Part shown: positions 50,519 through 60,372 of the stretch, piece after piece
Position numbering within the stretch: the first letter of the stretch is position 1
Layout of the letters: every line of letters begins with the position of its first letter
Source of the DNA: an uncultured Pseudobdellovibrionaceae bacterium
GTDB lineage: Bacteria > Bdellovibrionota > Bdellovibrionia > Bdellovibrionales > UBA1609
Assembly: GCA_963803705.1 (NCBI GenBank)
Contig: CAWDNU010000004.1
Location: forward strand, 896,001-960,000
Reading direction: 5' to 3'
DNA length: 64,000 nucleotides
Made by a program: the position numbers and the translations under genes
The notes under the pieces: generated by a model
Databases searched by the model: none
Told to the model about the DNA's origin: nothing
The model's input: only the letters and a program-made list of their open reading frames with translations

Positions 50519-50835
50519 TACAGTGTTTCTCTTCACTTTATATTTATAGAATTTTAATTCACTATAACTTAATAGAATAAGCCCTTATATTTTCAATATA
50601 TCTAAGTGTTAAAAGCGAGTTCTTTGGCGTGAAGGTTTGCAAATTGATAAATTAAAAAAAAACAAATGAGGATCACCTAAATTAGGTCTGCAGAGTACAG
50701 GTCAACCTTGCAAACCGAATGACAATGCTTGTTTGAGTATTTTAACACTTAGATATATTGAAAATATAAGGGCTTATTCTATTAAGTTATAGTGAATTAA
50801 AATTCTATAAATATAAAGTGAAGAGAAACACTGTA
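50519..50835 (+). ncRNA. Fold-back element E1: 96-bp perfect inverted arms around a conserved structured core
   Basis: 50519-50614 is the exact reverse complement of 50740-50835; core is homologous to E2. RNA status is inferred. Confidence 0.6.
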
Positions 50836-50856
50836 TTATTTTTACTTCAGCACAAA

Positions 50857-52491
50857 CTAAGAAAAGAAAAAGTTTTTAAGCTTTTGAAGTACGCCTGTTT
50901 TTTCGTTAGAGACTCTTTTTCTAGTTGTAAAACCTTTGTATCTGTCAGACTTATAAGCCTTCTTTTTTCTTGCAGCAGCACCATTGGTAGAACCCGTTCT
51001 TTTAAAGTCTTTATTGTTGTTTACGATATTAGCTGGTTCAACGCCTTTAGCTTTGTAAGGCTTGCCTGAACGACTCTTATCAACACTAGTTTTATCGTAA
51101 GGCTTATCAAACCGTTTACCCTTATAATTAGATTTGGCCGAACGACCATCTTTATTGTCGAAACGCTTATAATTTTTGTCTCTGGTGTTGTTACGTACCT
51201 TCGAAAATTCGCCAGTGGGATCATAACTAAAATCGAAAGGTTTAAACTTCAAAGTTAAGTCTTCACTTTCCATCCAGGCTATATCTAACTTATTGCCAAC
51301 ATACTCTTGGATTCGATCTAAGGCTGTTACATCTTTTTCAGATGCTAAACTAAAAGCCTTACCCTTAGAGCCTGCTCTTCCAGTTCGCCCGATGCGGTGG
51401 ACATAGTTTTCAGCATCGTCAGGTAGTTCGTAGTTTATAACAACATCCACGCCTTCAACATCTAAACCACGTGCAGCTACGTCTGTAGCTACCAAAACTT
51501 TGACCTCGCCCTCTTTAAATTGTGTCATGACTCGCTGACGCTGATTCTGGTTTAAAGAGCTTGATATTCCTAAAGACTTTATATCATTTTCTCTTAGAAA
51601 TTTTTCGATCTTTGGGACATTACGTTTAAAATTGCTAAAAATAATTGCTTGATCAGGGTTATGTTTTTTAATCAGTGATAGTAAAAACATCGGTTTTTCG
51701 TTGCTACCGACGTGTAAAACTGCGTCTTCAACATTTTCAGCTCGAGCTTGATCTTTATCAATATTAATTTCAATGGGCTCAGACCCAAACTCGTAAGCCA
51801 CGTTTAAAACATCAAAGTTCATAGTAGCACTAAACATTAAAAGTTGACGGTCTGTAGGTATGCGCTGAAGTAGGTAAACCATGTCGTCTTTAAAACCCAT
51901 ATCAAACATTCTATCGGCTTCGTCAAATATACAGGCTTTTACAAAGCTTAAATCTACTTTTTTCTCTTTGTAAAGATCAATAAGTCGACCAGGTGTTGCT
52001 ACGATAAAATCAACGCCTGACTGTATCTTTGAAATCTGTTCATCATACTCTTTCCCGCCAATAACCACAGCAGAGGTCAGTTTTCCGCAACTAAACATGC
52101 GAATATTTTCGTCAATTTGATCCGCAAGTTCCCGGGTAGGAACTAAAATTAAACAAAAGTTTCTTTTCCCCCAAGAATCAAATGCATGCTCTGGATGAGT
52201 TCCGTTAATACTGGATAACATTCGTTGAATCACAGGAAGCAAGAATGCCGCAGTTTTCCCAGTTCCAGTTTGAGCTAATCCTGCTACGTCTTTTTTATCT
52301 AAAATTAATGGGATGGCCTCATTTTGAATAGGCGTAGGGATTTCGTAACCAGCGTCAATCAGTGCTTTTTGCAGCTCTTCTTCAAAAGGAAAGCTATTAA
52401 AACTTTTAATGTCTACTGATGTTTCGATGGTCGCAACCGGTTGATCTGAAACGGACTGATCTTGCTCTTCGCTCTTTACATTTTCACTCAT
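50857..52491 (-). CDS. DEAD-box RNA helicase (RhlB/RhlE-like)
   Basis: AQTGTGKT, PTRELA, TPGR, DEAD, SAT, HRIGRTGR; basic tail. Confidence 0.95.
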   Translation of the reverse strand: MSENVKSEEQDQSVSDQPVATIETSVDIKSFNSFPFEEELQKALIDAGYEIPTPIQNEAIPLILDKKDVAGLAQTGTGKTAAFLLPVIQRMLSSINGTHPEHAFDSWGKRNFCLILVPTRELADQIDENIRMFSCGKLTSAVVIGGKEYDEQISKIQSGVDFIVATPGRLIDLYKEKKVDLSFVKACIFDEADRMFDMGFKDDMVYLLQRIPTDRQLLMFSATMNFDVLNVAYEFGSEPIEINIDKDQARAENVEDAVLHVGSNEKPMFLLSLIKKHNPDQAIIFSNFKRNVPKIEKFLRENDIKSLGISSSLNQNQRQRVMTQFKEGEVKVLVATDVAARGLDVEGVDVVINYELPDDAENYVHRIGRTGRAGSKGKAFSLASEKDVTALDRIQEYVGNKLDIAWMESEDLTLKFKPFDFSYDPTGEFSKVRNNTRDKNYKRFDNKDGRSAKSNYKGKRFDKPYDKTSVDKSRSGKPYKAKGVEPANIVNNNKDFKRTGSTNGAAARKKKAYKSDRYKGFTTRKRVSNEKTGVLQKLKNFFFS

Positions 52492-52501
52492 GGTTTAAGC
52501 T

Positions 52502-53440
52502 TTAACTTAATTCGCGCAAGAACTTCAAGACATATTGTGAGAAAACCTTCGGGGCTTGATAATGAATCCAGTGCCCAACATTTGGGACAACTGCAGTTTT
52601 CACGCTCGGCAAAGACCCCTTCATAAGATCTAGTGTTTCAGACGACAAATGTTTAGAAAGCGCGCCCTTCACAACAAAAGTTGGAACTTCGATGCACTTA
52701 AACTCTGACCACCTAGGCTTGAGACCACTTTCTAAAGTTTCTAAAATACCAGGCAAGTAAAAGCGCCATGTGATTTCCCCGTCAGAGTTTCTAGCTAAAT
52801 TAGCTTTTAAAAAGTTAGCCATAACTGACTTTTGTGTGTCATCTGCCGAAGTTTTAACTTTAAATTCAGATTCAAAGAATAAATCCATCTTTGACTTAGA
52901 TTCAAAAGGAACAGGAATGCTTAAAATCATTTGTTGAGTGGCTAAAGTCGAGGTGTTCTCTGGGTTAGGCCCCATATCTTCTATAGTTAAAGATAAGACT
53001 CGCCCCGGATATTTGACCGTAAAAGTCTGTGCTGTTCTTGCTCCCATAGAATGGCCTATTAGATGCGCACGCTCTATCTGCAAATCATCTAAAATCTCTG
53101 CTAAATCTTCAGCATAATCTTCAGGTTGGTAGCCAGACTCTGGATGAAATGATCGCCCGTGACCTCTTTGGTCATAAGTGATGATGTGGTAGTCATTTTC
53201 AAAAAACTTTATAATAGGGCCCCAGTTGAGTCCCCAGCCCAGTAGACCGTGAATGAACACTAGACTAGTGGCATTTTCTTTCTCAAGACCGTATTCACGA
53301 ATGAAAAACTTATCAGATGCTGTCATATCTGCTTTAATAAAGCGTGTTTGTATCGTAGATGTCAATTTAGCCTTGTCAAAAAAAATAGAGCGATCTATGA
53401 ACATAGAGACCTGCCTGTTTCGGGTCCCCAAAAAATTCAA
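52502..53440 (-). CDS. Alpha/beta hydrolase (YbfF-like esterase); likely start 53326
   Basis: HGLLG, DQRGHG, GHSMG, GHWIH. Confidence 0.88.
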   Translation of the reverse strand: MNFLGTRNRQVSMFIDRSIFFDKAKLTSTIQTRFIKADMTASDKFFIREYGLEKENATSLVFIHGLLGWGLNWGPIIKFFENDYHIITYDQRGHGRSFHPESGYQPEDYAEDLAEILDDLQIERAHLIGHSMGARTAQTFTVKYPGRVLSLTIEDMGPNPENTSTLATQQMILSIPVPFESKSKMDLFFESEFKVKTSADDTQKSVMANFLKANLARNSDGEITWRFYLPGILETLESGLKPRWSEFKCIEVPTFVVKGALSKHLSSETLDLMKGSLPSVKTAVVPNVGHWIHYQAPKVFSQYVLKFLRELS

Positions 53441-53460
53441 CTCAGCATGGAGCCCATAGA

Positions 53461-54690
53461 TTGAACTCGAAGCTAAATCAAAAAGGGATTGACCACCGGG
53501 CCCTGGGAATTGTCAAAAAGCTACAAAAAGGTGGGTTTGAAACATACCTTGTAGGCGGATGCGTCCGCGACCTACTCTTGGGTTTAGAGCCTAAAGACTA
53601 CGACATCGCCACAACAGCTCGCCCAAGGCAGGTTAAAAAATTAGTAAGAAACGCTTTTATCATTGGTCGTCGTTTCAGACTTGTCCTGGCTAAAGAAGGC
53701 GAAGATCAATTTGAGATCTCTACTTTTAGAAGAAATCCGTCGGCTGAAGAACAAGATGATCCAGACATTAGTGACGACAATCTTTTTGGAACTAGCCATC
53801 AAGATGCTCACCGTAGGGACTTTACAATTAACTCGTTATTTTATGATCCCGTTGCCGAAAAGATAATTGATCATACGGGCAGCGGTGTAGCTGATCTGAA
53901 GAACAGAATAATCAGAATGATTGGGGACCCAGCCGTAAGGCTTCCTGAAGACCCGATTCGTATTCTGAGGGCCATCAGGTTCGCCCACAAAACGAATTGT
54001 GAAATGACTTACGACCTTAAACTTGCAGTTAGTAAGTATTCTAAAACCGTAGAAACTACTGCACTGCCTAGACGACGTGAAGAGATTTTAAAATTTTTAA
54101 GATTAAAGTCACCTGAGTCTGTATTTTATCAACTTTTCGATCTAGGTTTACTTAACGATTTAGCTCCTGGACTAATACCTGTTTTTGAAAGTGATTTAGC
54201 TGGGTGCTACTTCAGACAAATTTTGTCCAAACTAGATGTCAAAACAAGGCAAGAGTGCGAGCCTTACGAGCTGTTTTTAAGCCTTATTCTGCCAATGATC
54301 TTTCTGAACTACAAACCAGAGCAAGGTAAAGACTGGTTTGAAGAAGAAGCCAATGTTAATATTTTGAAAAACGAGCTTGGTTTGTTTAATACCGAAGTAC
54401 ATGTGTTAAATCAAGCACTTAAGTGTCTTCCCTTGGTCTTTGAGTTTGATAAATACCTAACTTTCAGAGACAGGCAAAAAGTTGATTTTTTAAATCAAAA
54501 AAGTTTCGCAGAAGCCCTGAACGTTGCATATCTTTGTGATTTGATTAGCCTTAGCGAAATCAGTCAATGGTCCAGAGAGTTTGTTAACTATCCGCAGGAA
54601 AATGCCGAAGTAGAATCAGGTACTAGAAACAGGACACGAAGAAAGAAAAAGGCTGCTCCAAAGAAAAAATTGGAACCTAAAGAAAACTAA
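53461..54690 (+). CDS. pcnB: Poly(A) polymerase I
   Basis: VGGCVRD, DYD, PAP signature IGRRFRLV, RRDFTIN, EDPIRILRA. Confidence 0.85.
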   Translation: MNSKLNQKGIDHRALGIVKKLQKGGFETYLVGGCVRDLLLGLEPKDYDIATTARPRQVKKLVRNAFIIGRRFRLVLAKEGEDQFEISTFRRNPSAEEQDDPDISDDNLFGTSHQDAHRRDFTINSLFYDPVAEKIIDHTGSGVADLKNRIIRMIGDPAVRLPEDPIRILRAIRFAHKTNCEMTYDLKLAVSKYSKTVETTALPRRREEILKFLRLKSPESVFYQLFDLGLLNDLAPGLIPVFESDLAGCYFRQILSKLDVKTRQECEPYELFLSLILPMIFLNYKPEQGKDWFEEEANVNILKNELGLFNTEVHVLNQALKCLPLVFEFDKYLTFRDRQKVDFLNQKSFAEALNVAYLCDLISLSEISQWSREFVNYPQENAEVESGTRNRTRRKKKAAPKKKLEPKEN

Positions 54691-54728
54691 GGTAATGTTC
54701 GTTTCAACACAGCTTGGAGGATACATAT

Positions 54729-54983
54729 ATGTTGGGTCACTGGGAGCTTTTAGCTTTAGGAGTTATTTTTATACTTTTATTTGTCGGTCCAAAAAAATTA
54801 CCCGGCTTTGGAAAATCCTTAGGCGAATCCATTCGCGGCTTTAAAAAAGCAATGAAAGAAGACGATACTTTAGATGTCACAGACTCTGCCAAACACGAAC
54901 AGATTGAAGACCAAAAAGCTGAAGGCAAGAAGTCTGAAGGCAAAAAATCTTCAGAAAAAAAATCCGAAAAAGATCACGCTTGA
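54729..54983 (+). CDS. tatA: Twin-arginine translocase TatA
   Basis: GGAGG SD; TM segment followed by GPKKLPGFGKSLGESIRGFKKA. Confidence 0.9.
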   Translation: MLGHWELLALGVIFILLFVGPKKLPGFGKSLGESIRGFKKAMKEDDTLDVTDSAKHEQIEDQKAEGKKSEGKKSSEKKSEKDHA

Positions 54984-55025
54984 TCAGTGCGCTTTTTTAT
55001 AAGCCAGGAAACGATCATTCAGATT

Positions 55026-55808
55026 TCAAAAATTCTTCTTATCTAGATTTTCGATACAAGAATCTTTTTCGAACTGAAGTGGATTTTCGATAAAGCAGTA
55101 GTCGGCTATAATTGATTCAGCTAAACTTTCATATCTAGAAATATTGTCAGCTAAAATCACATCTCTTTTAAAAATTTTTCTATCCCTTATTAACTCAACA
55201 GATGCTGAGATACCATCTGCTTTAGATAGGGCATCATAAATTTGAATTAGATCCAGCACCCTTGTCCCATTGACTTTCAAAAGCACATCATCCTGTACAA
55301 AAGCACCGTTGGATTTAATCTCTTCGATTTGGACGCCGCCTTTAAAGTCACTAACAAAATCTTTAATCAATTCTGGTTTGATCTCTCTGTAAGATACGAC
55401 TTGAGGGAAATTTTTAAATTCATTGTCACATCTAAAACCAACCATATAAGCGGGATAGGTCTTATAAGTGTCGTAATTATAAAAACCACCATTCGAGGTC
55501 ACTCCTAGCTCTGGACTTCTAAATGTTTTGCTTAAGTCTACTGAATCAGTGAGCAAAATCAATTTTTTACCCAATTTTTGGCAATACTCTAAAGCAGCAA
55601 ATTTGGTGTAGATTTTTGCCCTAGATTTTAAAGTCCTTGGGTTACCCAAATAACTTGCAATGTGACTGTAGTAAGGGATTTTGGCTTCAGAAGGAACTTC
55701 CTTTATACTGTAACCAAACCCACTTCCAGTTCGGTGAGATGGCACATGACCTGTGGCACATCCTGACACCAGAATTGTTAGAATTAAATATTTCACAAAA
55801 AACTCCAT
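55026..55808 (-). CDS. Lipoprotein with a PDZ-like domain
   Basis: Lipobox VSGC; GVQIEE...DVLLKVNG...VELIRD. Confidence 0.7.
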   Translation of the reverse strand: MEFFVKYLILTILVSGCATGHVPSHRTGSGFGYSIKEVPSEAKIPYYSHIASYLGNPRTLKSRAKIYTKFAALEYCQKLGKKLILLTDSVDLSKTFRSPELGVTSNGGFYNYDTYKTYPAYMVGFRCDNEFKNFPQVVSYREIKPELIKDFVSDFKGGVQIEEIKSNGAFVQDDVLLKVNGTRVLDLIQIYDALSKADGISASVELIRDRKIFKRDVILADNISRYESLAESIIADYCFIENPLQFEKDSCIENLDKKNF

Positions 55809-55826
55809 CTAAGTAATTTATCCAAA

Positions 55827-57930
55827 CTAAAATAAACTGACTACGCTCCCATACCCCATCTCATGCTTGTCATATAAATATTGGGCTTGATAGGCACTTT
55901 GACCAAAAACAGCTTTTACGCCAAGCACCTCATGTTTTTTAATTACACCAGGCTTAAACTCCGATAACAAACCAGAGAGGTAGTATCCAAAACCGGCAGT
56001 AGTTTGATGATCTTCCATAGTAATTAATCTTCCACCTGATCTGTCTAAAGATTGGATTATTGGAATAATGTCGACTAGGTTTAGACATAATGGGTTTAAA
56101 ATATCTACTTCAATATTTTTGTCTGCCAAAGTGTCTGCAGCACGTATGGCTTGTTCCAACATTGAGCCGACAGCCACTATCGTTGCTTTAGGCTTATCAC
56201 TTTTCTGTATCACCTGGGTTTTTAAAAGCTCATATCTGACTTTCAAACTATCAGAAAAACCATTGGTAAAATCTTTAGTTTTTTCAGAATCACCAGCAGT
56301 AAGCTTAGCTTGGGTCTAAACTTGCAGAATCTACAAACGAGGGTTTGAAATTTTCGCGACCTAAAAAGAAAATGTAAGAATATAACTGCTCGCCATTTTC
56401 CATATTCACTTTATATTCTTCAATAGCATGAGAAATGGCCCAATAGGCCTGTTCTGAAGATGTTAGGGCAAAAACCTTGTTTCCTGGAATTGATGCCATC
56501 ATCGAAAAATAACTTAAAGCCTGATGGGAAGCTCCGTCAGCGGCATCTTGAAATCCTGTGTGTGAGAAAATAGCAATTACAGGGGCTTGTGACAGATTGC
56601 CCATGGTGATTGGCAGCGCACCTTTGGTGACTCCAAATTGGGCGAATGTGTCTACAATTGGAATAATTCCGTTTTTGGCTAAACCTGAAGCAAGACTTAT
56701 CATATTAGATTCAGCCACCCCAATATCTAGGCTCGAATCAGGAAACTTCTTTCTAAAATCAGCCACCCCTGTTGAACCAGGAAGATCTGAGGTTACAGAC
56801 ACAAGGGGGTAATTCTTTTCCTTATATTCAATAAGCGCTTTTGAAACTCCAACTTGAATTTTTTCAGCCTTTTGCTCATTCAGCCACAACCAATTTTTAG
56901 ACTTAAAAACGTAAGCATCGGACTTAGACTTATAGTTCTTCAAGTCTTCAATCCAAGATAAAAAATCTGCTGGAATATCAGTGTTTTGAAATATCTCGTC
57001 TAAAAAGGCACCTAAGTCTTCAGCTTTTTTAAGCGGAAACCCATGTCCGCCGCTTGCCGAATCCACTGAAACTTTGTGTCCAAACCCTTTTATAGTTTTA
57101 AAGTGTAAAGCCCAAGGCTGCTCGGCTGTCACATTTTCCAAAGCTTTTGAAATTTGAGTAAGACATGTCTTCAAATTATGTCCGTCATCGACTGTTATAA
57201 CTTTCCAACCAAGTGCCGCTAAACTTTTAAAAGTGGGCTGCATCGAAAATGCATCTTCATCAATACGACCAGATAATTTGGTGTTGTTGTCACTAATGAT
57301 CATCACGAAAGGGTTTTGCCGACCCTGTTTTGCCATGCCGGGTATAGAAGCAAAAGCCTCTTTAGCTTCACCCTCCATGCATGCTCCGTCCGAAATCGTA
57401 AGCACAGTCGTCCTAGCTTTACCTAAAAGTTTGTCTGCTATAGCTAAGCCCTGAGCTTGTGCCACGGCTGAACCTAAAGGCCCATTTGATAACAACACAC
57501 CCTCTGGAAACATGTGAAGTTCCCCATGCCCTGTAAGTTTGGAATCCAGTGCCCTAAAGGACCTAAGCGATTGAATATTGAGATCTGCAAAGCCGTAAAG
57601 GGCTTTTAAAGCATAGAGACCATTTTCACAATGGCCAGCGTCGTTCACTAAGTTGTAATTCTCGGTCCACTTTGTTTTTTGGTCTGAAAAAACATAACCA
57701 AATAATGCTGAATTAATTTCAGTAAAGGCCGATGGTCCTCCAAAGTGACTTGCTGCGCCGCCTAAGACGGCCTGCATATCCATCAAAGCAATGAGGCCAC
57801 GAATATGAGGAGGACTCGCAAGTTTATAGTCGTTGCCGTCAACTTCGACATCAACTGCATATTGAGGAGAGCCAAAAGGCCCCTGATCAAGTTTTGAGGG
57901 ATATTTTATTGGATGCGTTACAGACGACAT
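55827..57930 (-). CDS. tkt: Transketolase-family TPP enzyme, frameshift near 56310
   Basis: DAGH, TGHGE, GPLG, SDGACMEGE...DN, GVAESN, DGASHQ, C-terminal MEDH. True start ATG 57930 after AAAGGAG. Confidence 0.8.
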
Positions 57931-57940
57931 GCGTTCTCCT

Positions 57941-58120
57941 TTACGCCCTAGCTTCATAGCTCTGCTTTGAGGGCTATTACGCCCTAGCTTCATAGCTTTG
58001 CTTTGAGGGCTATTACGCCCTAGCTTCATAGCTTTGCTTTGAGGGCTATTACGCCCTAGCTTCACAGCTTTGCTTTGAGGGCACAATCCCCAAACTTCGC
58101 AGCTCCGCTTCTAGGGATAG
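57941..58120. repeat. Tandem palindromic 36-bp repeats: four near-identical copies plus one degenerate
   Basis: TTACGCCCTAGCTTCATAGCTTTGCTTTGAGGGCTA at 57941, 57977, 58013 and 58049; degenerate copy at about 58085-58120. Confidence 0.93.
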
Positions 58121-58211
58121 TTTCATTTCTAGGGATGCCATAAATTTTTTCACTTTGAAACTCTTAACCAACACGTTAATATCCTTTTTTTAACCTGGTG
58201 AATACCGATGC

Positions 58212-59264
58212 ATGGAGGATTCTTTGAATTCTAACTCGATGACGAATAAAAAAATGACTGATGCTGAACTGCAAGCTCTACCTAAGGTGGAATTACATCG
58301 CCACTTGGAATTAGCCCTTAGAAAATCAACCATTCTAGAGATAGCACCTGGGCACGGTTTCGATATGAGCAAGCCTGGCGCATATGAGCATCATTTTATT
58401 ATTGAAGAGCCTATGAAGGATCTAGGAAGCGTGCTGCACAAGTTTCTAGACACTCAAAAGCTTCTTAGCACTCCCGAAATTTTGGAACGAGTGGCCTACG
58501 AAGCCTGCGAAGACGCAAGTCATGAGGGTATAAAAATTCTTGAGCTTCGTTATGCACCAACCTTTGTACAGCTAGATCACGATCTAAGCTTTGATGATAT
58601 TCATCAAGCCTTTGTGCGGGGCTGTAACCGGGCCGAAAAAGATCTTGGTATGGCTGTTGGCTTAATTTGTATCCTTCAGCGCATTTTAGGCGTCGAAGTC
58701 GCAAATAAAGTTACTGACTTTGCTATCGCCAACAAAGACACCTTCATAGGCTTAGACTTGGCTGACAACGAAGTTGGTTTCGAAGCAAAACCTTATGGAC
58801 CTTGTTTTCAAAAGGCTAAAGCTGCTGGTCTAAATATCACGGTTCATGCTGGTGAAGCCTCAGAGCCTGATTCTGAACAGAATGTTATTGTCTCTATCGA
58901 TGAATTAGGTGCCTCTAGAATCGGACACGGTATTCAAATTATCAGAAACGAAAAAGTTTTAAAATATGTCGTAGATCAAGGCATCGTTTTAGAGGTCTGC
59001 CCCAAAAGTAACCTGTTAACCTCTGCCATTTTATCTTATGATCAGCATCCAATTAATGCCTTAAGAGATAAAGGCGTTAAGATAACTGTAAATAGCGATG
59101 ACCCAGGCATTTTTGAGTCCAGCTTGTTGGTGGAATATCGAATTTTAGAAGAACATTTAGGATGGACTGAAAAAGATTTTGTTGCGGCGAATGATATTGC
59201 GGCTAGTGCCAGCTTTATCTCAGATTCTAAAAAAGAAAGAGTTTGGCCCAGTCTGAAAAATTGA
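58212..59264 (+). CDS. add: Adenosine deaminase
   Basis: PKVELHRHLE, HAGE, RIGHG, EVCPKSN, NSDDP. Confidence 0.92.
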   Translation: MEDSLNSNSMTNKKMTDAELQALPKVELHRHLELALRKSTILEIAPGHGFDMSKPGAYEHHFIIEEPMKDLGSVLHKFLDTQKLLSTPEILERVAYEACEDASHEGIKILELRYAPTFVQLDHDLSFDDIHQAFVRGCNRAEKDLGMAVGLICILQRILGVEVANKVTDFAIANKDTFIGLDLADNEVGFEAKPYGPCFQKAKAAGLNITVHAGEASEPDSEQNVIVSIDELGASRIGHGIQIIRNEKVLKYVVDQGIVLEVCPKSNLLTSAILSYDQHPINALRDKGVKITVNSDDPGIFESSLLVEYRILEEHLGWTEKDFVAANDIAASASFISDSKKERVWPSLKN

Positions 59265-59315
59265 CTATAACAACCTTCATAGTGGAACTATGTTACATGC
59301 GTCAAAAAGGAGTAT

Positions 59316-60068
59316 GTGTTGGAACGAATATTGGATCCTAATCACTCTAAGTCTAAAGGCACCGTAACAAAATCAATCCAATCAAACTCAACTGAAAAAA
59401 GTTCAACTCAATTTAATTTTACTGAACCAAGTTTTGATACGGATCTAAAAATGGACCTGCCCAATAGGAAACAAACACATATTGCAAGAAAGCTCTGGCA
59501 CGTAATAGGCGTTGGTGCTGTGACGTTATTATTTTATATACTTCCTTACAATGTATCGATTGGTTTGGTCAGTGGCTTTTCGATTTTGTTTATTGGTTTA
59601 GATCTTTTAAGATTTAAGGTTCCCGTTTTTAAAAGATTTGTCACAAAGATTATGTTTCTTTTTATACGCAAAGAAGAGCTTCAAAAACCCACTGGCCTAA
59701 GTTATATGTGCTTAGGTTTTTGGTTACTTATGATCTTTTGTGATGAAGACGTGGCCTTGCTTACAATGCTGTTTGTGATGCTAGGCGATCCTATTGCAGC
59801 TTATGTTGGAATAAATTACGGAAGAGATAAAATTGGAGATAAAACTGTTCAGGGTTTCTTAGCTTGTTTTGCAGTCTGTGCAATTATTTCATTAGTATTT
59901 TTGACTGTAAACGATTTCAACATGTCCCGAGTTATCTACGTCAGCTTACTTGCGGCTTTAATCGGAAGCGGTTCAGAGCTAGTTCAAATTAAGAGGATTG
60001 ATGATAATCTTTCGATGCCTGTGATTAGCGGACTGTTATTGACTTTGTTATTCGCCCTTACTGCCTAA
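59316..60068 (+). CDS. CTP-dependent diacylglycerol/polyprenol kinase family membrane protein
   Basis: RKLWH, GDPIAAYVG..YG, KTVQG, DDNLSMP. Confidence 0.85.
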   Translation: MLERILDPNHSKSKGTVTKSIQSNSTEKSSTQFNFTEPSFDTDLKMDLPNRKQTHIARKLWHVIGVGAVTLLFYILPYNVSIGLVSGFSILFIGLDLLRFKVPVFKRFVTKIMFLFIRKEELQKPTGLSYMCLGFWLLMIFCDEDVALLTMLFVMLGDPIAAYVGINYGRDKIGDKTVQGFLACFAVCAIISLVFLTVNDFNMSRVIYVSLLAALIGSGSELVQIKRIDDNLSMPVISGLLLTLLFALTA

Positions 60069-60102
60069 TAGCCCCTAGGCAAATCACAAAATCCGAGTTA
60101 TT

Positions 60103-60355
60103 TAAGATTTTATATTTAGTTGAGCTGTGTTTTAGTTTTAACTTTAATTATATAAGCATTCAAAAACGAGCTCTTTGGCGTGCAGGCTTGCCTAGAAATA
60201 CACAGACTGGGGCAACCCAATATATTGTTAAAAGATGGTTTCTTTAAGCTACCAAAATTTTTGCAAGCCAAGTGCCAATGTATGACCGAGCTTTTTGAAT
60301 GCTTATATAATTAAAGTTAAAACTAAAATAAAGCTCAGTTAAATATAAAATCTTA
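60103..60355 (+). ncRNA. Fold-back element E2: 64-bp inverted arms around a conserved structured core
   Basis: 60103-60166 pairs with 60292-60355 (60 Watson-Crick, 3 G-U, 1 mismatch on the + strand); core is homologous to E1. RNA status is inferred. Confidence 0.6.
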
Positions 60356-60372
60356 CATAGCGGGTTGAAATT

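Noticed and set aside
50519..50835. Integron attC sites for E1/E2
   Set aside because: No proper RYYYAAC/GTTRRRY ends or extrahelical bases, no cassette array, no integrase.
57931..58086. N-terminal 12-aa repeat extension of transketolase in the ORF track
   Set aside because: It is read-through of the DNA repeat; a strong SD precedes ATG 57930.
57941..58120. CRISPR array (36-bp palindromic repeats)
   Set aside because: Repeats are head-to-tail with no unique spacers, and there are no cas genes in the window.
60103..60355. Simple rho-independent terminator or type I toxin mRNA
   Set aside because: Far too long for a terminator, with a conserved internal core; no conserved small ORF on either strand.
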